Below are positions 22,819 to 32,395 of a stretch of 64,000 bases of DNA, one piece after another. The translations under genes were made by a program, and so were the position numbers. The DNA lies in the NCBI GenBank assembly GCA_964459335.1, contig CAYWJX010000002.1:637-64636 (forward strand), written 5' to 3'. How positions within the stretch are numbered: the stretch's first letter is position 1; every line of letters starts with the position of its first letter. The notes beneath the pieces are model-generated. The model saw nothing but the letters and a program-made list of their open reading frames with translations, was not told the DNA's origin and made no database searches. The DNA comes from an uncultured Candidatus Saccharibacteria bacterium. Its GTDB lineage: Bacteria > Patescibacteriota > Minisyncoccia > Phycocordibacterales > SBAW01.

Positions 22819-25800
22819 GTGGCCACTCCTTTTCAATCAGTGGCCACGGCGTTTGAAACGGTCTTCGCAAAACTCATTGCGCTGGTGGAGCCGCAGCACA
22901 CTATTACTATCAGCCCAGCTCCAGTGACCCCTTGGCATGCGGTAGGGAAGTCACAAGCTGCCGCTGCCTTTAATGCAGCGGCCGTTGCCGATGCGCAAAA
23001 GCCGGTCACTCCTCAGCGAATTGCAAACGCCTCTCCGAAGCCCGCACAATTGGATGTCCATGCTGCGACACTGGGCGGCGTCCTTGGAACGTCCACTACA
23101 GACGGCGTCGTGACGCACGCCGAGCTTGCGGCAGCAATCAATCAAACAACTAACGCGCTGCGCTCGCTGATCTACCAAAATGAAAGTGCACCAAACTCCG
23201 CGATGGGCACAGGCGGCTTCACCAACGAAATTGCGGCGTCGAACAAAATCGATCAGCTGAGCGGCACCACGCTGACCAATGTCATCGTCAACGGCGTCTC
23301 GGGACTTACAACCTCGCAAGTCTCGGAGGGATCAAACCTCTACTTCACCAATGCGCGGGTCGCGGCCTACGTCGAATCTTCGAGCACTATTCCCACCGCC
23401 GCCGGAACGCTTGGCACCGTCCTCTCATGGAACGGGTCATCGTGGACTGCGGTCGCGACATCATCCTTGGGCATTGTTGGAGGCGGCGGAGGAACCTGGG
23501 GCACCATCACGGGCACGCTCTCCAATCAAACTGATCTACAGTCCGCCCTCGATGCGAAACTTTCCCTTACGAACTGGTACGCCACGACGACCGACGCCCT
23601 CCATGAGGGAACCACCAACCTCTACTTCACCAATGCGCGTTTCGATGCGCGCCTTGCAGCGACAACGTCTCTTCCGAACCTTTTGGCGGTCAGCCCGTCG
23701 CTGTTTTGGCAAAATGGCCCCACCTTCAATCTCTCAGTCGGTGCCAATGGACTTAATACGACGGTCTCTCAAGCAGGCGGCGGTCTTAATGGGCAAGGGA
23801 ATACAGCCGTTGGTGTAGGGGCTCTTAATGGCAATACGACTGGCTATCATAATACGGGTCTTGGATATCTGGCTGGCGCAGCTCTCACAACTGGTTACAG
23901 CAACACCGCCTTAGGAGAAGGTGCCTTATGGCAATGCCCCACCTGCTACCAGTCAGTCGCTATTGGCATAGATACTCTGGCGCAGCCGACAAACACCGGT
24001 GCGTTTAATATCGGTATCGGCAACGGGGCTCTCAATGGCAATACGACGGGGAGTTTCAACGTCGCGGTTGGACATAGTGCCCTTGGCTCTAACACCTCCG
24101 CCAATGGTAACGTAGCCGTTGGGTATGTCGCTCTCGGCGTTGATACCACTGGCGACAGCAATGTTGCGACTGGTTTCCAGGCGATGAACGCAAATACGAC
24201 TGGCGGCAGAAACGTCGCAAACGGTTATGGAGCGCTCTACAGCAACACCACCGGAGGCAATAATGTCGCCAACGGTTATGAATCGATGTTTTTCAACACT
24301 ACTGGCGGCGATAATGTCGCCAATGGCTACGCTGCCCTCTACAATAACACTACGGGCAACTATAACACCGCCAACGGCTTCGACTCTCTCTATAACAACA
24401 CCACTGGTTCAGCTAATATCGCCATTGGTAATGGTTCCCTTTACTACAACATGTCTGCCACAACCACTGTTGCTGTGGGCAATGCTGCTGGCCAAGGTAC
24501 CGGTTTGTACTATAACCAAGGAGGAACCTATGTCGGTTATGATGCTGGCCTAAGCGCTGCCACGGCCTCCAACTACAACACTTTTCTCGGTTACCAAACC
24601 GGCTATGACGTCACCACTGGCACCAACAACACCATTATCGGCAGCGAGCAGACGACTAACACCGGCATCACCACTGGAAGCAACAACATCTTAATCGGCC
24701 AGGACCTCCAGCCCAAGAACATCCCCGGCCTTTCGCAGACAGCAAGCAACCAGCTCGACATCGGCAATCTCATTTTTGGTACGGGTCTCTCGTACGGTTC
24801 CACACTCTCGACAGGAAACATTGGGATTGGAACGTCGAGTCCGAGCCAGTTGTTGACTGTCGGGAATAATAACCAGTTTACGGTCACCTCGGCAGGAGCC
24901 CTGAGCGCGGCGGGAGCAACATTCGGTTCTTCGATTGTAGTGAGTGGGAGTGCGACTCCCTCCCCGAACGGAACATACGGGTATGCGGGACAGTATAACG
25001 GTGCACCTTATTACGCGAACGGAACAAGCTGGTACATTTGGTATCGACCCTCCGGTTCCAATTGGTTTCTATCCACTACTCTCGGCGGCTATGCACCTGA
25101 TTGGTATCTTGGTGGAACAGCATCATCGCCGCCGATTAATGTGTCGTGGGCAGCAGACCAATCACCAGCCGCGGGAAGCCCATACCTTTCTGTCGGGTCT
25201 ACTGCCAACGTCTCGATTGGTATTGGCGGTATAACGTGGGCACAAAGCACCGTAACAAATGACTCTATGCCACAAATTATTTTTCCAACCAGAAATGACG
25301 GAACGCAAAATACATATCAAGCTGGAAGCAGTATAGGTCAGACATTTCAGGACTCTAATGGGAAGGCATTAGCGTCAATCTCGTTCAACCGCAATGCAAG
25401 TCCAGGCGGCGGTGGGGCACGATCGTCTTCCGAGATTCGTTTTAACACGACCGGGAGCACGTACGGAGCGGACAACCTCAACTTCTCTACCAAGATGATA
25501 ATTACCGGCGGTGGCAATGTCGGTATCGGAACGCAAGGCGGCACGCTGTCCGCAAAGCTGGTCGTTAACGCCGATAACGGCGACACAAACTCCAACATAT
25601 TTCTCATCGCTTCCTCGACCGCGAGCGCAACGACTACGCTGTTCAACGTTACGAACACGGGTAGCGCCACGCTTGCAGGAACGCTGACTCAAAACTCCGA
25701 TCAACGCCTCAAAACAGACATCCAACCCCTTAATGCTTCGTCATCTCTTACGGCGATCGAGGCGCTCAATCCAGTGTCATACCAGTGGGCCGGCAACATC

Positions 25801-26481
25801 TTCGGCTCAGGCGAACAGGCCGGCTTCATCGCGCAGCAGGTGCAGTCGGTATTTCCAAACCTTGTCTCGACTACGTCGCCCACTGCACTCACGCCCGACG
25901 GCACGCTCGGGCTCAACTACATCGGCCTCATCTCGCCGATCGTCGCGGCGATCCAAGCGCTCGATAAGGAAGTGACGTCGCTCGCGGCGACCGTCGCCGG
26001 CTTCGCGGAGTCGATCTCGACGAACGTGCTCAACGCCGCAACAGGGCACTTCTCGAATCAGCTCTGCGTCGGCAGCACGTGCGTGACGCCTACACAATTC
26101 CAGGCGATGGTCTCCGCCGCCGGACAGTCAAATAGCGGCTCATCAGATTCCGCGCCGTCTTCGGCAGGGGAAGCGACTGACACGCCGCCGGTCATTCAGA
26201 TCAACGGCGACAATCCCGCCGTCATCCAAGTGGGCGCGAGCTACGCTGATCTCGGCGCGACGATCACCGGGCCTGCTGCCGATCTCAACCTCGGGGTCAA
26301 GACGTTCGTCAACGGCCTGTTCGTGAGCAACATTCTGCTCGATACGAGCGCCGCGGCGACCGACACAATCGACTATGTCGTCACCGACGGCCAAGGCCTC
26401 ACGAGCACATCAACGCGCACCGTGATTATAGAAGCGGCGAACGACAACCAGACCTCAAGCGCCACTTCCACTGCTCAATAG
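22819..26481 (+). CDS. large tail-fibre-like surface protein (NTTG-type repeat region, S74 intramolecular-chaperone autoprocessing domain, C-terminal DUF5011/Ig-like domain). The probable true start is GTG 22695, out of frame as sequenced.
   Basis: 1220 aa from GTG 22819. ~270 aa of N(T/A)TG..N.A.G repeats (about nt 23800-24620). SDQRLKTDIQPL...GFIAQQVQSVFPNLV...LNYIGLISPIVAAIQAL (S74 pattern, Ser codon at 25696). C-terminal PPVIQINGDNPAVIQVGASYADLGATI...DYVVTDGQGLTSTSTRTVII. The in-frame upstream codons encode a signal peptide but contain no start codon. Confidence 0.8.
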   Translation: MATPFQSVATAFETVFAKLIALVEPQHTITISPAPVTPWHAVGKSQAAAAFNAAAVADAQKPVTPQRIANASPKPAQLDVHAATLGGVLGTSTTDGVVTHAELAAAINQTTNALRSLIYQNESAPNSAMGTGGFTNEIAASNKIDQLSGTTLTNVIVNGVSGLTTSQVSEGSNLYFTNARVAAYVESSSTIPTAAGTLGTVLSWNGSSWTAVATSSLGIVGGGGGTWGTITGTLSNQTDLQSALDAKLSLTNWYATTTDALHEGTTNLYFTNARFDARLAATTSLPNLLAVSPSLFWQNGPTFNLSVGANGLNTTVSQAGGGLNGQGNTAVGVGALNGNTTGYHNTGLGYLAGAALTTGYSNTALGEGALWQCPTCYQSVAIGIDTLAQPTNTGAFNIGIGNGALNGNTTGSFNVAVGHSALGSNTSANGNVAVGYVALGVDTTGDSNVATGFQAMNANTTGGRNVANGYGALYSNTTGGNNVANGYESMFFNTTGGDNVANGYAALYNNTTGNYNTANGFDSLYNNTTGSANIAIGNGSLYYNMSATTTVAVGNAAGQGTGLYYNQGGTYVGYDAGLSAATASNYNTFLGYQTGYDVTTGTNNTIIGSEQTTNTGITTGSNNILIGQDLQPKNIPGLSQTASNQLDIGNLIFGTGLSYGSTLSTGNIGIGTSSPSQLLTVGNNNQFTVTSAGALSAAGATFGSSIVVSGSATPSPNGTYGYAGQYNGAPYYANGTSWYIWYRPSGSNWFLSTTLGGYAPDWYLGGTASSPPINVSWAADQSPAAGSPYLSVGSTANVSIGIGGITWAQSTVTNDSMPQIIFPTRNDGTQNTYQAGSSIGQTFQDSNGKALASISFNRNASPGGGGARSSSEIRFNTTGSTYGADNLNFSTKMIITGGGNVGIGTQGGTLSAKLVVNADNGDTNSNIFLIASSTASATTTLFNVTNTGSATLAGTLTQNSDQRLKTDIQPLNASSSLTAIEALNPVSYQWAGNIFGSGEQAGFIAQQVQSVFPNLVSTTSPTALTPDGTLGLNYIGLISPIVAAIQALDKEVTSLAATVAGFAESISTNVLNAATGHFSNQLCVGSTCVTPTQFQAMVSAAGQSNSGSSDSAPSSAGEATDTPPVIQINGDNPAVIQVGASYADLGATITGPAADLNLGVKTFVNGLFVSNILLDTSAAATDTIDYVVTDGQGLTSTSTRTVIIEAANDNQTSSATSTAQ

Positions 26482-26611
26482 TGTTGCCAACCTCTCTCTT
26501 ATGCTAGTGTTTTGCAAAACACTACAATAGAAAAACTGCGGCAGTCAGACTTCCGCATATTTATGGCGCTCTGTAAATTGCTTTTATTTTTGGGGGCGCT
26601 ATAGTTTCTGT

Positions 26612-26926
26612 ATGGACGGAGAAAAGCTACAAAAACAGGTAGACCATATTGAGGAGGTGGTAGACACCCTTGCCCGGGCTGTGGCGCATGGGTTTGAGGA
26701 AGTTCATGGTGAATTTACTAACATCCGCTCGGAAATGCAGGATGGTTTTACGAGTATCCGCTCGGAGATGGCTACTAAAGCCGAAATGAGTAAAGGTTTT
26801 GAAGGAGTTAATGCTCGGATAGAAGGCATTAATCGCCGCATCGACAACGAAGCCGACCAACGTGTCGAGCTTGGCCTCCGTGTTGAGAAGGTTGAAGCAA
26901 AAGTTTTTCCTGAACTCCAGCGTTAA
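26612..26926 (+). CDS. small coiled-coil protein, unknown function
   Basis: 104 aa. Internal repeat F(T/N)(N/S)IRSEM twice. A TATAGT box (26600-26605) lies 6 nt upstream of the ATG. Confidence 0.45.
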   Translation: MDGEKLQKQVDHIEEVVDTLARAVAHGFEEVHGEFTNIRSEMQDGFTSIRSEMATKAEMSKGFEGVNARIEGINRRIDNEADQRVELGLRVEKVEAKVFPELQR

Positions 26927-27114
26927 TTAAGTTTTCTATAAAAAGTTTTAAAAACCCACCTTTTTGGGGCTCTGTTACACCGCTATTTTTTTGTCTCTAT
27001 TTACCCCTCCGCGGATTTGTTTTCGCGTCTCTTGTGCACACACTTTTTTGTTAACATCCTATAAACTGCGAGTACTATAGATAAGCAGTTATTAGTCTAA
27101 CAATTTAGCGTCCT

Positions 27115-29298
27115 ATGCCCAAGCCACCTGTAGCCATTTCCAGTGTTATTAAGCGAGATGGCTCGACCGCGCCTTTTAACGTGCACAAAATCGAGACCGC
27201 GGTAGAAAAGGCGATGAAGGCGGCAGGGGAGTTTAAGGAGGGCGCACCCAAAGTTGTTGCCGAGGGCGTGGTTAAGGCGCTTGAGCGCGAGGCCGCGATT
27301 GACAAAGACTTTGTGCCGACCGTCGAGGGCGTGCAGGACATCGTCGAGCAACAGCTCATCTTCAAAAAATTCCCCGCAACGGCAAAAGCGTATATTTTGT
27401 ACCGCGAAAAGCACGCCGAGATGCGTGCGTTTGTTACCGCATCCTCGCTCGGCTTGGTTGACAACTACCTCAACGAGCTCGACTGGCAGGTAAAAGAAAA
27501 CAGCAACATGGGCTACTCGCTCCAGGGGATGAACAACTACATTTTTTCCGAAGTGAGCAAAACCTATTGGCTCAACAAAGTGTATCCGCAAAATATTAAA
27601 AGCGCGTACGAGCACGGCGACCTGCATATTCACGACCTCGGCACACTCTCGGTGTATTGCGTCGGGTGGGATTTGCAGGATTTGCTCATGGAGGGCTTCC
27701 GCGGCGTTGCCGACAAAATCGAGTCGAGCCCTGCAAAACATTTGAGGACTGCTTTGGGCCAGATGGTCAACTTTATGTACACGCTCCAGGGCGAGGCGGC
27801 GGGCGCGATTGCGTTTTCCAACTTTGACACGTTGCTCGCGCCGTTTATCCGCTACGACAAACTTTCGCAAGACGAGGTCAAACAGGCGCTCCAAGAGTTT
27901 ATCTTTAACATGAATGTCCCGACACGTGTGGGCTTCCAAACGCCGTTCTCCAACATCACGCTCGACCTCACCCCGTCGCCCAACTTTAAGGACCAGGCGG
28001 TGATGATCGGCGGCAAACCGCAAAAAGAAAAGTACGGAGAGTTTCAGCATGAGATGGACATGCTCAACAAGGCGTTCTTTGAGGTGATGGGCGAGGGCGA
28101 CGCGGCCGGCCGCGTGTTTACCTTCCCAATCCCGACCGTCAACGTGACCAAAGACTTCGACTGGGACAACCCCAACCTCGCGGGGCTGTGGGAGATTACC
28201 GCCAAATACGGCATCCCGTACTTTAGCAACTTTGTTAACTCCGACATGCATCCGAAGGACACGCGCTCCATGTGTTGCCGCTTGCGGCTCGATCTTTCCG
28301 CGCTCGACCGCCGCGGCGGCGGGCTTTTTGGTGCCAACGCCTTGACCGGCTCGGTGGGTGTGGTCACCATCAACATGCCTCGCTTGGGCTATGTGGCCAA
28401 ACACAAGGCGGGTAACGACACCAAAAAGGCAAAAGAACTCTTTTACACCATGCTTGCCGAAAAGATGGACATCGCAAAAGAGAGCTTGGAGATAAAGCGC
28501 AAAATGTTGGAAAAGTTTACCGACGCCAACCTCTATCCGTATACCAAGTTTTATCTGCGTAAGATAAAAGAGGCGACCGGCTCGTATTGGGAAAATCATT
28601 TTTCGACTATTGGGCTCTTTGGCACAAACGAAGCGGCGCTCAATTTGCTTGGGGTGAACCTCGGCACCGAGGAGGGTCAGGCATTTGCGGGGGAAACACT
28701 CGACTTTATGCGCAACCGGCTCGTTGAGTATCAAAAGGAAACCGGCAATCTTTACAATCTTGAGGCGACGCCTGCCGAGGGCCTCTCGTACCGGTTCCCC
28801 AGCAAAGACCGCAAGGAGTTCCCGGACATTATTGTTGGGAACGAGGCCGAGTCGCACCATGGCGCACAGCCGTTTTACACCAACTCTTCGCATCTGCCGG
28901 TCAACTACACCGACGACATCATCGAAGCGCTCAACATCCAGGACCATCTGCAAACCAAGTACACCGGCGGTACCGTGATGCACCTCTTTTTGGGCGAGCG
29001 CATCGCCGACCCGCGTGCTATCCCCGCACTCGTTAAAAAAATCTGCGAAAATTACCACCTGCCGTACTTTACGATTACGCCAACCTTTAGCGTGTGCGGC
29101 TCGCATGGTTATATCGCGGGCGAGCACACCAATTGCCCCAATTGTAACCGCGCGTGCGAGATATACTCACGCATTGTGGGGTACTTGCGACCCTTAAGCC
29201 AATGGCACACCGCCAAGCAGGCCGAGTTTGCCGTGCGCGAAACCTACAATCCCAACAGCGTACTTTCGGCCGAGCATCACGCAGTGCCCACCACCTAG
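27115..29298 (+). CDS. nrdD: anaerobic ribonucleoside-triphosphate reductase (class III)
   Basis: 727 aa. N-terminal ATP-cone (VIKRDGSTAPFNVHKI). C-terminal Zn-ribbon CPNCNRAC and glycyl-radical motif SRIVGYLRP. Confidence 0.92.
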   Translation: MPKPPVAISSVIKRDGSTAPFNVHKIETAVEKAMKAAGEFKEGAPKVVAEGVVKALEREAAIDKDFVPTVEGVQDIVEQQLIFKKFPATAKAYILYREKHAEMRAFVTASSLGLVDNYLNELDWQVKENSNMGYSLQGMNNYIFSEVSKTYWLNKVYPQNIKSAYEHGDLHIHDLGTLSVYCVGWDLQDLLMEGFRGVADKIESSPAKHLRTALGQMVNFMYTLQGEAAGAIAFSNFDTLLAPFIRYDKLSQDEVKQALQEFIFNMNVPTRVGFQTPFSNITLDLTPSPNFKDQAVMIGGKPQKEKYGEFQHEMDMLNKAFFEVMGEGDAAGRVFTFPIPTVNVTKDFDWDNPNLAGLWEITAKYGIPYFSNFVNSDMHPKDTRSMCCRLRLDLSALDRRGGGLFGANALTGSVGVVTINMPRLGYVAKHKAGNDTKKAKELFYTMLAEKMDIAKESLEIKRKMLEKFTDANLYPYTKFYLRKIKEATGSYWENHFSTIGLFGTNEAALNLLGVNLGTEEGQAFAGETLDFMRNRLVEYQKETGNLYNLEATPAEGLSYRFPSKDRKEFPDIIVGNEAESHHGAQPFYTNSSHLPVNYTDDIIEALNIQDHLQTKYTGGTVMHLFLGERIADPRAIPALVKKICENYHLPYFTITPTFSVCGSHGYIAGEHTNCPNCNRACEIYSRIVGYLRPLSQWHTAKQAEFAVRETYNPNSVLSAEHHAVPTT

Positions 29299-29301
29299 CC
29301 T

Positions 29302-29988
29302 ATGGTGTTCGGCGGGATAGAAAAGTTTACGCTCATTGACTATCCCGGCAAGATTGCGTGCATGGTGTATACCATCGGATGTAATTTTCGATGTCCGTAT
29401 TGTCACAACCCGGAGCTCGTCGACGAAACAACCGACGTACACATTGGCGAGCAGGAATTTTTTGATTTTTTAGACACGCGTAAAGGCATACTTGACGGCG
29501 TGGTTATCACCGGCGGCGAACCCACCATGCATGCCGACTTGCCGCGCGTCATGCAAGCAATAAAAAACCGCGGATTTTTGGTTAAACTCGACTCCAACGG
29601 CACCAATCCAAAGATGCTCCGCGAGGTTATTAAAAATAATCTTGTTGATTACATTGCGATGGACATCAAATCGCCGCTTTCTTTGTATGGGCGAACCGTT
29701 GCACGGCCGGTTGATACCGAGGCAATCCAAGAGAGTGTGGCGCTCATTATGGCCTCGTCCGTTGCGTACGAGTTTAGGACGACACTCGTTAAAGGCATGC
29801 TCTCGCAAGGCGACATGAGGCAGATAGGCCGCGAGATACAAGGCGCAAAGCTGTATGTGCTCCAAAAATTTGTCTCGACAAAAATACTCAATCCGCAGTT
29901 TCGGCACAAGACCAGTTACAGCGACGAGGAAATGAAGGAGTTTCAGGATATGCTAAGTGTATATGTCGACCAATGCCACATCCGGTAA
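29302..29988 (+). CDS. nrdG: anaerobic RNR activating protein (radical SAM)
   Basis: 228 aa. CNFRCPYCHNPE cluster motif, GVVITGGEP. Confidence 0.88.
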   Translation: MVFGGIEKFTLIDYPGKIACMVYTIGCNFRCPYCHNPELVDETTDVHIGEQEFFDFLDTRKGILDGVVITGGEPTMHADLPRVMQAIKNRGFLVKLDSNGTNPKMLREVIKNNLVDYIAMDIKSPLSLYGRTVARPVDTEAIQESVALIMASSVAYEFRTTLVKGMLSQGDMRQIGREIQGAKLYVLQKFVSTKILNPQFRHKTSYSDEEMKEFQDMLSVYVDQCHIR

Positions 29989-31174
29989 TGTTCCAGAGAG
30001 GGAAGTGTACTTAGACTACGCCGCGACAACCCCCACCGACCCTCGTGTGCTCGAGGCAATGTTGCCGTACTTTGATGCACGCTTTGGCAATGCCTCATCG
30101 ATGTATAGGAGCGGTCGTCGCGCGGCGCAGGCTTTAAATGATGCACGCGGCACGGTCGCGCGGATACTCGGCTCTCTGCCCGAAGAAATTATATTTACCG
30201 GCTCGGGCACCGAGTCGGATAACCTTGCCATACTCGGCGGTGCACGCGCAAACCGTGCGAGTGGGAAGCATGTGATCGTTTCGGCCATCGAGCACAAAGC
30301 GGTGCTTGAGTCAGCCAATACGCTTGAGCGCGAAGGGTTTGAGGTAAGCATCGCACCCGTGCACTCCAACGGTCTTATCGACCTCGATGCGTTTGAAAAA
30401 CTCTTGCGTGATGACACCATCCTTGTCTCGATAATGTATGCCAACAACGAAGTTGGTACCATCGAACCTATTGCACACATTGCCGCGATTATTAAAAAAC
30501 ATCGTGGGCAAAAAAATTTCCCGCTCTTCCATACCGATGCATGTCAAGCGGCCGGCTTATTGCCGCTCAATGTCCAAAAACTCGGCGTCGACCTGATGAC
30601 AGTAAACGGCTCAAAAATATACGGTCCAAAAGGTGTCGGTTTGTTATACAAAAAGAAAGGCGTTTTAATAGAGCCGATTATCGTGGGCGGCGAGCAAGAG
30701 CGGGGGCTCCGCGCCGGCACCGAGAGCGTGCCGCTTATTGTGGGGCTCGCCGAAGCGCTCTCGCTCGCCGAGGCATTCCGCGACGACGAAGCGGCAAGGC
30801 TCACGGAGCTCCGCGATTATTTTATTGCCGAGGTACGTAAAAAAATACCGCAGGCGCTCCTCAACGGGCATGAGCACGAGCGCCTGCCCAACAACGCGCA
30901 CTTTTCCTTCCCAGACATCGAAGGTGAGTCTATACTGCTTATGCTCGACCAAGCGGGTATTGAGGTATCGACCGGCTCGGCCTGCTCGGCGCGCGACCTC
31001 AAGCCCTCGTATGTGCTTTTGGCTCTCGGCCAAAACGCCGAGCTCGCACACGGGAGCGTGCGCATAACCCTTGGACGATACACCACTAGAGAAGATATCG
31101 ATTATGTGCTCTCGGTGTTGCCCAACGTTGTTACACAGTTAAGCTCAATGTCGGCACTCACGGCAACTATATGA
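29957..31174 (+). CDS. nifS: cysteine desulfurase (NifS/IscS class)
   Basis: 405 aa. LDYAATTP, SAIEHKAV, HTDACQAAG, PLP-Lys region NGSKIYGPKG, active-site SGSACSA. Overlaps nrdG by 32 nt. Confidence 0.9.
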   Translation: MYMSTNATSGNVPEREVYLDYAATTPTDPRVLEAMLPYFDARFGNASSMYRSGRRAAQALNDARGTVARILGSLPEEIIFTGSGTESDNLAILGGARANRASGKHVIVSAIEHKAVLESANTLEREGFEVSIAPVHSNGLIDLDAFEKLLRDDTILVSIMYANNEVGTIEPIAHIAAIIKKHRGQKNFPLFHTDACQAAGLLPLNVQKLGVDLMTVNGSKIYGPKGVGLLYKKKGVLIEPIIVGGEQERGLRAGTESVPLIVGLAEALSLAEAFRDDEAARLTELRDYFIAEVRKKIPQALLNGHEHERLPNNAHFSFPDIEGESILLMLDQAGIEVSTGSACSARDLKPSYVLLALGQNAELAHGSVRITLGRYTTREDIDYVLSVLPNVVTQLSSMSALTATI

Positions 31175-31629
31175 AAAAAGAAACACCAATCATACAAACA
31201 AAAGCGCCAACCTGCGATGTCGAGGCGTGGGTATACAGCGACACGGTCAAAGACCACTTTTTTCATCCGCGCAATTTGTTGCTCGACGAAAAAAATTACG
31301 TGGCCGACGGTATCGGCGTGGTGGGGAGCCCCGCGTGCGGCGACTTGATGGCGCTGTGGATTAAAGTCAACAAAAAAAGCGGTCGCATTGCGGAGTGCAA
31401 GTGGCGCACGTTTGGGTGTGCGTCGGCGATTGCCTCAACCTCGATGCTCTCGGTGATGGCAACCGAGGAGGGTGGCATGCCGCTTAAGTGTGCAAAAAAA
31501 ATTACGCCCGAGGCAATCATCGAGCGGCTCGGCGGCCTCCCGGACCGCAAATATCATTGCTCGGTGTTAGGGCACTTAGCTTTGCGCGAAGCTATCAAAG
31601 ATTACGAAACCAATGCCGGAGGGAAATAA
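31171..31629 (+). CDS. nifU: NifU/IscU-type Fe-S cluster scaffold
   Basis: 152 aa. GSPACGDLM, FGCASAIASTS, YHCSVLG (three conserved Cys). Confidence 0.88.
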   Translation: MKKETPIIQTKAPTCDVEAWVYSDTVKDHFFHPRNLLLDEKNYVADGIGVVGSPACGDLMALWIKVNKKSGRIAECKWRTFGCASAIASTSMLSVMATEEGGMPLKCAKKITPEAIIERLGGLPDRKYHCSVLGHLALREAIKDYETNAGGK

Positions 31630-32320
31630 AAAAAAGTATACGGTAACCAACACGCATGCCGAGACGCCGGGTGTCGTGAGTTTAGAGCTTGCGTGCGAAG
31701 GCGGCGCTCCTTTATATATACCGGGACAATTTATTACGGTGTACATGCCGGAGCAGGGCTCCCCGGAGGGCAAAGCCTACAGCATCTCGAGCGCGTCTAA
31801 CGAGCCTTTGCGCATTACGGTAGAGGAACGCGGCCAGTTTTCGCGCCATTTGTGCGCACTCAAAGCAGGCGGCTCGTTTTTAGCATCAGAGCCGGAAGGA
31901 TATTTTTACAGCGAGTCGGATACGAGCACTCTTATAATGCTCGCCGCGGGCATAGGCATTGCGCCCTTCCGAAGTGTGCTACTCGCAAGCCTCCAAAAAA
32001 ATCCTACGCGGCGCATCGTGCTGTTGTATAGCAGTCGCACGATGCAAAATATTATATTTCGAGAGGAACTGGAGAAGCTTGCGGCAAAACACAAAGCGTT
32101 TGAGGTGCATCATTTTATTACGCGGGAAGAACATGTGCCGGAAGGGGTAACGAAGGGCAGGATGTCTGCCGAGGCGATACTAAAAAAAATGGGGAATGCC
32201 CCAGACCCGGAGTTTTTTATCTGCGGCTCAATATCATTTGTCAGAGATATGTGGAAAGGTCTTAAAACCGCAGGTGTGGAAGAAGAGCGCTTGTATACTG
32301 AAGCCTTTTTCGCCCAGTAA
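31613..32320 (+). CDS. ferredoxin/flavodoxin-NAD(P)+ reductase-like flavoprotein (FAD_binding_6 + NAD_binding_1)
   Basis: 235 aa. GQFITVYMP, KAYSISS (RxYS-type), LMLAAGIGIAPFRS, FICGS. Overlaps nifU by 17 nt. Confidence 0.75.
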   Translation: MPEGNKKKYTVTNTHAETPGVVSLELACEGGAPLYIPGQFITVYMPEQGSPEGKAYSISSASNEPLRITVEERGQFSRHLCALKAGGSFLASEPEGYFYSESDTSTLIMLAAGIGIAPFRSVLLASLQKNPTRRIVLLYSSRTMQNIIFREELEKLAAKHKAFEVHHFITREEHVPEGVTKGRMSAEAILKKMGNAPDPEFFICGSISFVRDMWKGLKTAGVEEERLYTEAFFAQ

Positions 32321-32395
32321 AAACAACTCGACTTTTTTGCAATTTGTTGTAATATCTTGGCGGATGTACGGGAGTCTCTAATTGGAGGGTCGGTC

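Noticed and set aside
27030-27114. NrdR boxes or another known regulator site upstream of nrdD
   Set aside because: CACACTTTTTTGT and nearby sequence do not fit the 16-bp acaCwAtATaTwGtgt NrdR box. No tandem boxes with ~31-bp spacing are present, and no nrdR gene lies in the window.
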